From a virus (lineage: Duplodnaviria > Caudoviricetes): DNA of 38,245 nt. Made by a program: the position numbers and the translations under genes. Shown here piece by piece: positions 17,501 through 25,966 of this stretch. The DNA lies in the IMG/VR virus record IMGVR_UViG_3300048625_000129, positions 1 through 38,245 of that record; one strand, 5' to 3'. Each line of letters starts with the position of its first letter. Positions within the stretch are counted from its first letter, which is position 1. A model generated the notes under the pieces. It had not been told where the DNA came from, did not search any database, and saw nothing but the letters and a program-made list of their open reading frames with translations.

Positions 17501-17731
17501 GTTCACAGCCGTTTCTGATTCGACATAGGGGAAACCAGACAGATACTGCTGGTCGTTGGTGCCCACACGCGTGGCCACCGTCACGTTTTCAAAGTTGTAG
17601 TCGCCGCTGTCGCTTTGGTACTGCGTGCCGTTCAGGTAAATGGATTTGTGTCCATTCACTAGGCCAACGATTTCGCCTTCTGATACCGCGTCCAACGTGT
17701 TCGCAAACGCCCGTGATCTCAAATCTGTCAT
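14534..17731 (-). CDS. J: Tail tip / host-specificity protein J (1065 aa)
   Basis: SEGEIVGL, YPNTAL, AWTDNPAW, EPRFTCN, GCTSRGQA, FN3-like repeats; ATGA overlap with I. Confidence 0.93.
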   Translation of the reverse strand: MTDLRSRAFANTLDAVSEGEIVGLVNGHKSIYLNGTQYQSDSGDYNFENVTVATRVGTNDQQYLSGFPYVESETAVNVELKSTADVVRSVSNPDVNCVRVTLSVQSLFKQKDDGSISGSTVDIAIDVQSGGGAYVQKIANTISGKAQSKYQRSFLVYLDGDGPWNIRVRRLTEDSTDLKLQNKTYFDSYTEIIERRLRYPNTALVAMRFDSESFSGVPTRAYDMKLLKVKVPVNYDPAARTYTGSWNGTFKTAWTDNPAWCFYDVITNTRYGIGSFIDASQVDKWALYTIAQYCDQLVPNGFGGYEPRFTCNMYLQSRVEAFKLVQDLASCFRSMVYWASGSLTLSQDSPSDPVALYTQANVLDGKFSYTGSSAKARHTVALVTWNDPADMYAQKVEYVEDQEAIARFGVVPTEVVAVGCTSRGQANRVGRWLLFSERYQSEVVSFATGIEGAIARPGQVIKVADASRAGARLGGRITAASTTAITLDASVTLGASTWTLYAMLPNGTVESRTVSGAVGAVVSVTSAFSAAPQVGAQWIMSTSTVEAQTFRVLSMSEQENGVIEITALKHYPDKYTAVENGLVLQTRDITQLNDPPPPTSNGKLTEYLYVTLTDVKVGATITWDQVARATTYEVSYRVNNDNAVIVTTGANTLELLDTPAGEYVITIRSLSSLGVRSTPYTFSVSVLGKTARPADVTGLQMTVQADTGILQWDSHADLDVRIGGQISIRYSEELEGAQWNTSLPVGDFPGSSTNGTVPLRAGTYLAKAKDSSGILSQNAALIVTDAANIMQFNAVASSQQDPAFAGTKTDLVLLNNKLLLDQSTYVDAMTDFDAVTNMEGGLVASGEYQFDNYVDTGAVYTSRVTASFSVVSYNITNLVDEWGMIDGLGFVDDGQLSTDYVDAWTSWDAIANIDLPNTFDDATLQVYISTTNEDPAGTPTWSAWRLFYVGDYTSRAFKFKVKLSRGENTNNQVALSVLGVTVDVPDRIESANNVAVGTGGLSVTFPNAFYATPAIAVTAENMATGDYALITAKSAAGFTIQFKNSAGTGVARTMDWIAKGFGYRN

Positions 17732-18291
17732 GCCACAACGTCCTCTACATTGATGCCGGCGCTGATCACGGCACTGCCGACGATCATGCGGCCGTAGCCA
17801 AACGGCACGGGCTGACCTTGGCTGGTGGTGTTTACGGCGCCGCTGAAGACGTAGGACTGTTTGACTTCCTCGCCTGAATTGGCAGGCGTCTTCGGAACGG
17901 GTGATAGCAGCTGCGCAGCGCCGCCAAGCGCCATGGCTGCGCCGATTGTCATCAGCGGCTGCGTCCATGGTCCAGGTGGCAGCAGGATGGATGCCGCGAT
18001 CAGCGTTCCACCCAGCAGAATGTTGGTCAGCCCACCGCCAGCGCCAGCGATCACAGGTGCAATGGTGATGGTCTTGCCGGCTGGATGGTGCAGCTCGTCC
18101 ACTGTGATGTCTTCGCGCACATTGATCACGCGGTATCCGACGTTGCGTTCCTGCGACGTCGACACGAAGCTGGCGAAGTCTGCAAAGTTGGCGCAAAGCG
18201 CGCGCACGGCTTCGGCTGCAGACCTGACGTCTAGCATGTGCTTGCGTCCGTAACGCTTGCCAAGTTCACCCAGCAGAATGATTTTTTTCAT
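17728..18291 (-). CDS. I: Tail assembly protein I
   Basis: LLGELGKRYG..AEAVRAL, PVIAGAGGG, NTTSQGQPVP.GYG. Confidence 0.92.
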   Translation of the reverse strand: MKKIILLGELGKRYGRKHMLDVRSAAEAVRALCANFADFASFVSTSQERNVGYRVINVREDITVDELHHPAGKTITIAPVIAGAGGGLTNILLGGTLIAASILLPPGPWTQPLMTIGAAMALGGAAQLLSPVPKTPANSGEEVKQSYVFSGAVNTTSQGQPVPFGYGRMIVGSAVISAGINVEDVVA

Positions 18292-18982
18292 GTCTCAGGA
18301 AATGCGTTGTTCGGTTGCGCCAGAAGATGCTGTACGGCTCACGGCATGAAAGCCGGTTCTGTACGTGGTGGATGATGTGATTATCGCCCAAGTAGACAGC
18401 GCCGTGGTTTGGCACTGGGCTAAAAATTCGCATCAGGATCACGTCACCAGGCTGCAGTTTGTCCTGCGCCACCTCAGTGAACCCAGCGCCGCCAAAGTTT
18501 TCCATGTAAAGGTTGTCGCCGCGCAGCCACCATTCGTCGTGGCGGCCGAAGTCGGGCAGGGTGATGCCGCGTTCCAGCTCAAACCAGTCACGGATGATCG
18601 CGTAGCAGTCCAGCACGCCGTGCGACCACTCACGGCCAACCAAGGGCGCCTGGTAGCCGTCTGGCTCCATGTAGGACCACTGTTCGTCGGGAACCGACAC
18701 GATGTGCCACGGCAGTCCGCTGGCGTTGCATGCAACGCGATCTGACTGCGATGGCTCTGGGGTTAGATTCGGGTGGCTGTGAACGACGGCGATGATGTCG
18801 CCAGCCAGATCCGCTTCGGCATAATCCTGCGGGTGCATTACGAACTGGTCAGTACCCACCGCCATGTTGCGGCAGGGCTTGTAGCGCTCTTTGCCTTGCC
18901 AGACCGTCAGCAGCCCGCAAGCCTCGCGTGGGAATTCCGCGCGCGCATGCAGGATGATGTCTGCCTTGGTCTGTTCATTCAT
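18266..18982 (-). CDS. K: Tail assembly protein K (JAB + NlpC/P60)
   Basis: PREACG, HSHP..PSQSD (JAB); LDCY, NHGAVYLG..HH (C40). Confidence 0.93.
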   Translation of the reverse strand: MNEQTKADIILHARAEFPREACGLLTVWQGKERYKPCRNMAVGTDQFVMHPQDYAEADLAGDIIAVVHSHPNLTPEPSQSDRVACNASGLPWHIVSVPDEQWSYMEPDGYQAPLVGREWSHGVLDCYAIIRDWFELERGITLPDFGRHDEWWLRGDNLYMENFGGAGFTEVAQDKLQPGDVILMRIFSPVPNHGAVYLGDNHIIHHVQNRLSCREPYSIFWRNRTTHFLRHEKNHSAG

Positions 18983-20253
18983 CGGGCCAGTCCAGCGCTT
19001 GGGAACGAACCAAACGGCAGCGGGTCGATGACTTGATAGCTGCCAAACCACAGACTGCTTGCGGTGCGGGTAAATCGCTTTTCGCAGCTGGTCAGTCGCT
19101 TGCCGCAAACGTCCAGCCCAGAACTGCCCACCGGCTGATCGTTGGCGTCGAAATACTTTGTGCCGGCGTAGCCGCACTCGGTGCCTTTGTATTTCCAAAC
19201 GCAGACGTTCTGGATGATCTGACGCTTTGGCAGCAGTACACCGGCCACATCGAACGACGCAGCCAGTTCAAATTCCACCAGGTCGCGTGTCTCGGTCGCC
19301 TTGCGGTCGATGAAAAACACGTCGTTTGGGAATTCGGCCGTGGGGTCCGCAGTAGGGTTCTGTGAAAATGATGCTCCGATGTATTGGTAGTCTGACGCCG
19401 AAGATCCAGCGTCGACCTGTGCGCCAAACAGCAATGGTCCCACAATGCCGTCGCCGGCATAACTGGCACCAATGGCTCTGTAGCTGTAAGCAATAGCACT
19501 GGCCGTTCCTGCCGTAGTTGCTGTCGCTGTCAGTGACAGCCGCCACCAACCGTTCGACATCTCAACAGCCGTAGCAACTGAACCAGATCCTACGTTTGAA
19601 ACGGCGCCTGTGTCCAAATCGTAATAGGCAGATCCGTTTGCAAAGTTTGCGGTTGTAAACGCTAATCTGACGTAGCGTTCACCAGTTGATCGGTTGACGT
19701 ATATGCTAAATGTTCTGACGTTACCGATGGCAACTGCAGTGGCTGCGCGCGAAACGCTATGAGTTCCTGATGTGGTTGTCGGAATTAAACGGTCCGCCAG
19801 CAGATCGCCAAACGGGTTTAGATCGACGTCGGACGCGACAGTCGCATTGCTTTTTGTCCAGCTGTTGAACTCTTGCGAGTACGTCAGCAAATTTCGGCGC
19901 GCTGGGTAGTTCACAGCGTCCAAGTATTTCACCATGGTGCGCTTGCGTGTGATCTTGGCGCCAAGCAGGTCGTCATAAGTCAGCACCATCAGCGTGATGG
20001 CGCCGGTGGTGTTTGACACCGTCAGCTTTGGCCGTGGCAGCTGGCCGTTGCCGGTCAGCTCGAAGCCGGTGGCCTTGATAGGGTAGGCGGTATACGTGTT
20101 GCCCTGCCAGACCACGTTTGAAGACAGCCCGTTTGTGCCTGCATGGAAGCGCAGCAAGTCGCCGCCAAATGCGGTCGCATCCATTTCGAACAGCTCGATG
20201 ACTGCCGATGGTTCCAGCTTCTGGATCTCTGTGGTGATGGCTGCTGATGTCAT
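18979..20253 (-). CDS. L: Minor tail protein L with ~181-aa inserted domain
   Basis: GQLPRPKLTVSN, YLDAVN..NPTADP, four C-terminal Cys; 424 aa versus ~230 for lambda gpL. Confidence 0.9.
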   Translation of the reverse strand: MTSAAITTEIQKLEPSAVIELFEMDATAFGGDLLRFHAGTNGLSSNVVWQGNTYTAYPIKATGFELTGNGQLPRPKLTVSNTTGAITLMVLTYDDLLGAKITRKRTMVKYLDAVNYPARRNLLTYSQEFNSWTKSNATVASDVDLNPFGDLLADRLIPTTTSGTHSVSRAATAVAIGNVRTFSIYVNRSTGERYVRLAFTTANFANGSAYYDLDTGAVSNVGSGSVATAVEMSNGWWRLSLTATATTAGTASAIAYSYRAIGASYAGDGIVGPLLFGAQVDAGSSASDYQYIGASFSQNPTADPTAEFPNDVFFIDRKATETRDLVEFELAASFDVAGVLLPKRQIIQNVCVWKYKGTECGYAGTKYFDANDQPVGSSGLDVCGKRLTSCEKRFTRTASSLWFGSYQVIDPLPFGSFPSAGLAR

Positions 20254-20588
20254 GGCTGGAATACCTGCTGGAATGTCGCAGATACGTTGTTCAGGTTGTT
20301 GCGTGACACCGTCTTGTTCCACTCACGGCACACCACTTTGATGGCCGTGCCTTCGTTTGGTGGCGTCCAGTCGAACGCCTCGACAGCGTTGCGCGTCGCC
20401 AGAAACGTGATGATGTTGCCAGCCTCAGTGTTGGTCCTGTTGTTGAACTGCAGGTTCCACACCTGTGCGTTCACGTTGATGCCGTCGGCCACGCGTTGTT
20501 CGTAGCCGTCACCGAACTGCGTAATTCGCACTCGCGGCTTGTATGCGGCCTGGGCGCCGAAGTCTGGGGTGTAGCTGAATGTTGCCAT
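20250..20588 (-). CDS. M: Minor tail protein M (distal tail)
   Basis: FGDGYEQR..GIN, FL......F.WTPP, ATFQQVF. Confidence 0.92.
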   Translation of the reverse strand: MATFSYTPDFGAQAAYKPRVRITQFGDGYEQRVADGINVNAQVWNLQFNNRTNTEAGNIITFLATRNAVEAFDWTPPNEGTAIKVVCREWNKTVSRNNLNNVSATFQQVFQP

Positions 20589-20591
20589 GTC

Positions 20592-22778
20592 TTATGCTGC
20601 CAGCAGTCCGCCTGGGCGTTTTTGGTTGATCAGTTCTGATTTGACCGCGTTCGCAATGACGCGGCCCAAGTTGTCAGCGCCTTGGTCGCCTTTGACCTGG
20701 TCGCCGGTATTCTCGACGCTGACGTTCACGGTCACGTTGTTGACGTTGCCGCCAGCTGCGCCGCCTTGCATAGTCACAGGGATGCTGCGGCCGTCTGGCA
20801 GTGGCACGTAGGCTTCGTTCATTCGGCCTTCACCGAACAGCGCAAGCTGTGGACTGTTGGCGATGCCGCCGTTCGAATAGGTCTTCAGCGGCATGGGTCC
20901 GCCAGACGTCATCACACCGCCATCGGCAAACCCGAAACCGGCTTTGGCTGCGGCCATCAGTGGCGCCATGATCTGCTGCTGGATCAGCATGCGGGCCATG
21001 TCTTGCAGGATGCTGCTGGCCAGGTCTTTGAAGTTCAGTTTGCCGGTCATCACGAAGTTGACCAGCGCGTCTTCCATGCCTCGGAATGCGTTGCTGAATG
21101 CCGCCTCGGTCGAACGTGCGACGTCCTGGATCTGGTCGATGTAGGTGTTGAATGCGCGTTTGGCGCCAGTCTCGAATGTGCGCGACTGTTCGTAGTTGAC
21201 CTGCTTAATGCCTTCTTTCATTTTGAATAGACCGTCAGCGGCTTCGCGATAGCGTGCAGCGTCTTCGGCACTCATTTTCTTGGTGGCTTCGGCCACTTCC
21301 AGTTCGTGCTGCCGGACGGCCACCAGCTTTTGGTATTCGCGGGCGGTCATGTTGACCTGCTCACCTTCCAGGCGCAGCATTTCGATTGCGCCAGCTTCCT
21401 TGCGGGCCAGCTCTTGGATCTTCTGAAATGTCTGCGCGCTGTCAATCTGCTTGGCAATGTTGACCAGCTGCTGGCGCTCTGCTGCGCTCGCTTCCTTGAA
21501 TCGATCAGTCTGCACCAAACGCAGCGTTTCTTCGGCCTTGGTCAATTCGCCGGTTTTGGACAGTTGTTCTTCCAGCTGCTTCTTGTATTTTTCGAATTCG
21601 CTTTCCTTGCCTGCGCCGAAGTCGAAGCCCCCAAAACCGCCACCACCCTTGCCAGCCGTGCCAGGTTCGCCAGCCTGCTTGACGGTCGATTTGAGTTTGT
21701 CCATTTGCGCTTTGACGGCGTCAAATGTGGCGCTGCCGTTCATTTTCCACAGCGTCACATAGCGCTGATTTGCGGCTTCGACTGTCGCATTACGTTCTGC
21801 TAAGGCGTCATTAAGAATTTTTTTGTTTTCGGCTGAAAATGGGTTCAAGCCTTCACCACCAGCCAAGAACGTGCCGGCCAGCTTGATGTCCGCCCAAACA
21901 GCTTGAAAGCTGCCGGCCAGTGCGATTGTGCTTTGCGCAGACACTCGGATCACGTCGACAAGTGCTGCGATGGCTTTTGCTGATTCACCAGCCCATTCAG
22001 CCAGCGACATGTCGCCAGCCACGTCATCGATGCGCATTTTTGCGTCAATCAGGCCCTTCAGGAACCCCGACATCACTGGCAGCAGTTCTTTGGCAAAACT
22101 CAAACTAAGCGCACCTGCCATGCGGCGCATCAGCACCATTTGATCGTTGAAGTCGTCAGATGCTTTTGCAAACCCGCCAGTGAACAGTGCGCCGTATCCT
22201 TCCAGTTCGGCGCGGGCGTCGCGGATTGCATTGCCGCCGGCGTTCAGCAGTGGCACGATGTCAGCGGCCGACTTGCCAAATACTTTTTGGGCTGCAGCGG
22301 CTTTCTGCCAACCGTCAGGCATGGCGGCGATCTTGTCAGCGATGCGCGCCATGGCCTCAGTTGTGTTGATCGCGCCGGACTTGATTTCGGCCTGGCTAAT
22401 TCCAAACTGCCCGAAAACCGCAATGGCTTCTTTGCTGCCACCGGCCGCCTCTGCCATGTTTTTGGCCAGCTTCGACAGCGCGCCAGACACTTGATCCAGA
22501 TTGCTTCCGTTCAGCTCGGCCGCAAAACCCAGCGCGTCCAGATCCTCGACAGCGATGCCGGTTTTCTGGCTCAGGTCGTTCAGTTTGTCGCCGGCGTCGA
22601 TGGCGCCCTTAATCATGCCAACAAAGCCAGCAAGAACTGCCGCGCCACCCAAGGCACCAAACGCAATTTTTATCTTGCCTACGGTGCCATCCAGGCGGTC
22701 CATGCTTGTGCGCAGCTGGTCGACAGCCTGCTGGCCGGTGACGCCGGCGGAAATTTTTAAGGCGACCGCCATATCCAT
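20592..22778 (-). CDS. H: Tape measure protein (728 aa)
   Basis: Long Ala-rich helical ORF, lambda-type C-terminus (FVMTGKLNFKDLASSIL, QKRPGGLL). Confidence 0.92.
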   Translation of the reverse strand: MDMAVALKISAGVTGQQAVDQLRTSMDRLDGTVGKIKIAFGALGGAAVLAGFVGMIKGAIDAGDKLNDLSQKTGIAVEDLDALGFAAELNGSNLDQVSGALSKLAKNMAEAAGGSKEAIAVFGQFGISQAEIKSGAINTTEAMARIADKIAAMPDGWQKAAAAQKVFGKSAADIVPLLNAGGNAIRDARAELEGYGALFTGGFAKASDDFNDQMVLMRRMAGALSLSFAKELLPVMSGFLKGLIDAKMRIDDVAGDMSLAEWAGESAKAIAALVDVIRVSAQSTIALAGSFQAVWADIKLAGTFLAGGEGLNPFSAENKKILNDALAERNATVEAANQRYVTLWKMNGSATFDAVKAQMDKLKSTVKQAGEPGTAGKGGGGFGGFDFGAGKESEFEKYKKQLEEQLSKTGELTKAEETLRLVQTDRFKEASAAERQQLVNIAKQIDSAQTFQKIQELARKEAGAIEMLRLEGEQVNMTAREYQKLVAVRQHELEVAEATKKMSAEDAARYREAADGLFKMKEGIKQVNYEQSRTFETGAKRAFNTYIDQIQDVARSTEAAFSNAFRGMEDALVNFVMTGKLNFKDLASSILQDMARMLIQQQIMAPLMAAAKAGFGFADGGVMTSGGPMPLKTYSNGGIANSPQLALFGEGRMNEAYVPLPDGRSIPVTMQGGAAGGNVNNVTVNVSVENTGDQVKGDQGADNLGRVIANAVKSELINQKRPGGLLAA

Positions 22779-22780
22779 AA

Positions 22781-23281
22781 TCAGCCACCAATCTCGAAAA
22801 AGTTGTTTTTGCTCAGGTTCTCAGACGCCTGAATGATTTGCAGGTTAGCTGGCACGTGAAGCCCGCAAACCAGATCGTGTTTCAACGGGACAATGTGATC
22901 CACATGCCAAGCAATTCCGGTGTCGGCCGTCAGTGCTTTCGCATCGGCATAAATGGCCGCCATCTGCGCGCGCTGGGCCGCTGTTAAGCCTTTGGACACA
23001 GTCCTGCGTGACGCGTTTATTTCCAGCACTCTGGCAGCATTATCGGCTTTCCACTTTCTGGATGCCTCGCGTGCCTTGTCTGCATTCTGTTTAAGCCAGC
23101 GAAGTTTTGCGATCTGTCGGTGCGCCTGCTTTGCTTTCATCGAATCGCATTCGCTGCATGCTCTGTTGATGACGCGGCGTGGCGCGAAATGGCCTTCGGG
23201 ACATGACTTGCCAGTGAAATATGCAGCCAAGCCGGCTTCGGCTGCTGCTTTCGCTGTTTTTGGCAAAGTCTCGGCGTGCAT
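22781..23281 (-). CDS. HNH homing endonuclease
   Basis: [15 protein letters not shown]; [28 protein letters not shown]. Confidence 0.88.
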   Translation of the reverse strand: MHAETLPKTAKAAAEAGLAAYFTGKSCPEGHFAPRRVINRACSECDSMKAKQAHRQIAKLRWLKQNADKAREASRKWKADNAARVLEINASRRTVSKGLTAAQRAQMAAIYADAKALTADTGIAWHVDHIVPLKHDLVCGLHVPANLQIIQASENLSKNNFFEIGG

Positions 23282-23282
23282 T

Positions 23283-23615
23283 TCAGTCCTTGCGTTTGTT
23301 CAGTACCTGCAGCGCTGCCATCTCCATGGCCTGCAGGTCGTCCATCATTTCGGCCTGGTTGGCCACTGCCCCGATTGTAAATAGAAACTGGACGCTCTGG
23401 TAATTCAGACCGATGAAACCGCCTTCGATGACGACCCACTGGGTCTGCAGCTTCAGGAACATGACCATCGCGTCCATGTTGTCTTCCCAAACCTCGAAAT
23501 CGTCTTTGGACGTGTCGATGCTCTGGATCATTTCGACGGGCGCACCAAAAGCAGCCAAGTCGCTGGCCGTTTCGTCTTTCACGCCGCCCCGTGCCCAATG
23601 CTGGGCGGCGTCCAT
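23283..23615 (-). CDS. Tail assembly chaperone T part (DUF1799-like), probably translated as G-T fusion
   Basis: EVWEDN..F..LQTQW..GLNY..DLQAME; in -1 frame of G. Confidence 0.8.
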   Translation of the reverse strand: MDAAQHWARGGVKDETASDLAAFGAPVEMIQSIDTSKDDFEVWEDNMDAMVMFLKLQTQWVVIEGGFIGLNYQSVQFLFTIGAVANQAEMMDDLQAMEMAALQVLNKRKD

Positions 23616-23953
23616 TAGTTTTTTCGCTTGGCTCCGCTGATGCTTTCGAATAGCGCCATGACGACAGCGCTGGCCACCATAGGAATGTCCAGCATTTCGT
23701 CGCGGGCGCTCTCGCTGAATTGCACGTCGCCATCTTCATTGCTCACGCCAGACCAGTCCAGCATCACTTCGCGGGCCAGCTCCACGTCGGTGATCTCGCT
23801 TTTCTCGATGGCTGTGCGGATCTCCTGAATGCGCGTTTGCGACAGGCGCTTAAACGTGCAGTCGAAGGTGGATTTTTCGGTGCGGCCGCCATCCACTGGG
23901 AAGTGAACTGCGACCGGCCATTTGTAATCTGTGACTTTGCTGATCTTGAACAT
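23615..23953 (-). CDS. Tail assembly chaperone G
   Basis: Between tube and tape measure, ends ..KRKN at slippery site. Confidence 0.85.
   Translation of the reverse strand: MFKISKVTDYKWPVAVHFPVDGGRTEKSTFDCTFKRLSQTRIQEIRTAIEKSEITDVELAREVMLDWSGVSNEDGDVQFSESARDEMLDIPMVASAVVMALFESISGAKRKN
23618..23624 (-). other. -1 programmed frameshift site A AAA AAC
   Basis: CGA AAA AAC TAA; -1 slip reads CTA ATG GAC into the T frame. Confidence 0.8.
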
Positions 23954-23971
23954 TTTGGACCTTTCAAATGG

Positions 23972-23994
23972 GAAAGCCCGCTTGGTAGCGGGCT
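23972..23994 (-). terminator. Hairpin / weak terminator after tail tube gene
   Basis: AGCCCGCT-TGGT-AGCGGGCT with short T run on minus strand. Confidence 0.55.
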
Positions 23995-24012
23995 GGGTTG
24001 GGGCAGGGTGGT

Positions 24013-24945
24013 TTATTTGACCACGATGCTGATTTCGTCGTTGCCGCTGGTGCTTGGCACGAACGTCATCGGGACCTGCAGCATCTGGATGCCGTTTTGG
24101 TCCTGGTAGCTTGGGTTTGATACGTCCACGCGGCTGGAAACGATCTGCACCTTGTTGCCACCTGTGGTGCCATGGGTGATGTCCAGTGCGCCAAGTGTGG
24201 TGCCCAGCGCCAAGCTGAAAAAGTCTTTCGTGGCGATGGTTGGCGCTTCGAACACGACCTGGCCAGACACCTGGCGATCAGTCATCAGAACGTCTTCGGC
24301 GCCGATCAATGAACGATACTGGATGGCGTTGTTGAAATTGATGCTCATGGATTCCATGGCGCCTGAATAGCTGAACAGGCTGAAGCCAGTCGTGTTGTCG
24401 CTGTTTGCGGCCAATGGGGTCTGGAACGATGTGTAAGTAACAGATGGTGCGGCAGCATCTGTTGGTGCGTTAAACAGGCCAGTGAATGAGAATTTGAACA
24501 CTGGGATCTGACGCGAATTGATCGTCATTTCGACGTTGCCGCGTGCGCCTGTAATCTTATGCAGGACGCCGTCCACGTTGTAGTACAGGGTCACAGACTT
24601 GAATGCCGAAGACACGGGCGCGTATGTCACCGATGTGACTGCGACCACGGTTTCGCTCATGCCGCAAGCCTGCAACAGCGAACCGTATGCGGGCGCCGTG
24701 CCGGCCGTGCCAGATCCTGCCATCTCGACTTCGAATTCGATACTGACATACGAAGATGCGATCAGCTGCTCAGACGCGCCAAGATATGGGCGGACCAAAT
24801 CGCGGCTGACGTTCTCTGCGTTCAGCGGCGTGATCGACATATTGCGGACCAGAATGGCGTTTGCCGAACCCGTTGGGGTTGGGTCTGTGCCGTATGTCGT
24901 TTCGATCTTAGCCAAGATCGTGCGTTTGCGTGTGAGTAGTGCCAT
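24013..24945 (-). CDS. Major tail tube protein
   Basis: ETTYGTDP N-terminus, beta-rich 310 aa, synteny, RBS GAGG. Confidence 0.85.
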   Translation of the reverse strand: MALLTRKRTILAKIETTYGTDPTPTGSANAILVRNMSITPLNAENVSRDLVRPYLGASEQLIASSYVSIEFEVEMAGSGTAGTAPAYGSLLQACGMSETVVAVTSVTYAPVSSAFKSVTLYYNVDGVLHKITGARGNVEMTINSRQIPVFKFSFTGLFNAPTDAAAPSVTYTSFQTPLAANSDNTTGFSLFSYSGAMESMSINFNNAIQYRSLIGAEDVLMTDRQVSGQVVFEAPTIATKDFFSLALGTTLGALDITHGTTGGNKVQIVSSRVDVSNPSYQDQNGIQMLQVPMTFVPSTSGNDEISIVVK

Positions 24946-24974
24946 GGTGAAACCTCGCGTGATGTGTTCGGATT

Positions 24975-25394
24975 TTAACTCAGGGAATTAAGCGCTGTTC
25001 GGTACTGCGCTGTGAATTCTGCGGACACGACACCAGCGGGCTGATCAGCCTCGATGGTTTCGAATGAAACTGTGGTCGGCAGCAGCTGGATGACCAAGCC
25101 GTCCAGTGTGTCGTCGGCCATCAGTTTGCTGTGGACGTCCAGCATAGCTGGGTCTGCCAGCTGGTCAGGAACCGCGCCACGCACGATGACGGACACGCGG
25201 AACGTCAGCGTCCACATCAGTGTGCCAAGTGTGTCCTGCTCGGCTGCATCGCTGACAGGCTCCACCACGATGGCTGGTGCCTCGCCACGGGCCAATGGCT
25301 CGACGCGGCTGCGATAAATGCGGGTGCTGACGCCAGTGGTGCCGGACAATGCCGTCACGATGCGCTGCAGGATGGTTTCGCGCTTGCTGGCCAT
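24975..25394 (-). CDS. Tail terminator-like protein
   Basis: SKRETIL..RIYRSR..P; position before tube. Confidence 0.7.
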   Translation of the reverse strand: MASKRETILQRIVTALSGTTGVSTRIYRSRVEPLARGEAPAIVVEPVSDAAEQDTLGTLMWTLTFRVSVIVRGAVPDQLADPAMLDVHSKLMADDTLDGLVIQLLPTTVSFETIEADQPAGVVSAEFTAQYRTALNSLS

Positions 25395-25396
25395 GA

Positions 25397-25675
25397 TCAG
25401 ACTTTCGACAGGTAAACGATGCTGAATTTTCCGTCGTCTTGGGCGCGCACTTCGCGCACGGTGAACGCGGCTCCGTCGACGGTCAGGCTGTCGGCATATT
25501 TCAGGTTGGGGTAAACGCTCGACTTGATCGTCAGCGCGTAGTCGGTCGTGATGACCATGCCGCCAGCGATGACTTCGCTGGGCATGTCCAGAACGCCGGT
25601 GGTCGCGGTCGTGCCGTCGGTGACTGCTACACCGAAGTCAGCCAGGAACGCGTCCAGGTTCTCACTTAGCGCCAC
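25397..25675 (-). CDS. Head-tail joining protein (FII-like)
   Basis: FLADFGV..LTVDG..FTVREV..DDG; synteny. Confidence 0.7.
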   Translation of the reverse strand: MALSENLDAFLADFGVAVTDGTTATTGVLDMPSEVIAGGMVITTDYALTIKSSVYPNLKYADSLTVDGAAFTVREVRAQDDGKFSIVYLSKV

Positions 25676-25901
25676 GGCGCTTGCCCTTTGGCGCTGCAGT
25701 GGCCATGACGGCTTCTGCGTTCTCTGTGGTCAGCTCGTCGGCTTCGACAGCGGTTTCAGATGCAGGTTCGTCACCGCCAACAGCCACAGCCTTGCCCAAG
25801 GCGATCAGCTGTTTGGCTTCGTTGTCGTCCAGATCCACGGTCGAACCTTCGCGGACGAACTGCTTGTTGGCCACTGTTGTGCGGGTGATTAAAACTTGCA
25901 T
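25662..25901 (-). CDS. Small virion-associated protein after capsid
   Basis: G.TVDL...EA.QLI.LGKA motif, acidic linker, basic tail. Confidence 0.65.
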   Translation of the reverse strand: MQVLITRTTVANKQFVREGSTVDLDDNEAKQLIALGKAVAVGGDEPASETAVEADELTTENAEAVMATAAPKGKRRGAK

Positions 25902-25928
25902 GTGAAATCGCTTTCGTCAGTACATTGG

Positions 25929-25952
25929 AAAAGGGCCGGATTGCTCCGGCCC
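25929..25952 (-). terminator. Rho-independent terminator after capsid gene
   Basis: GGGCCGGA-GCAA-TCCGGCCC then TTTT on minus strand. Confidence 0.75.
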
Positions 25953-25966
25953 CTTATTGTCACCTA

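Noticed and set aside
17732-18196. N-terminal extensions in the ORF track for J (also K, L, primase, endolysin, Rz)
   Set aside because: They overlap upstream genes; downstream starts with stop/start coupling fit the families
19360-19902. Intein or intron in gene L
   Set aside because: Frame is open; no Cys/Ser start with His-Asn end and no endonuclease motifs
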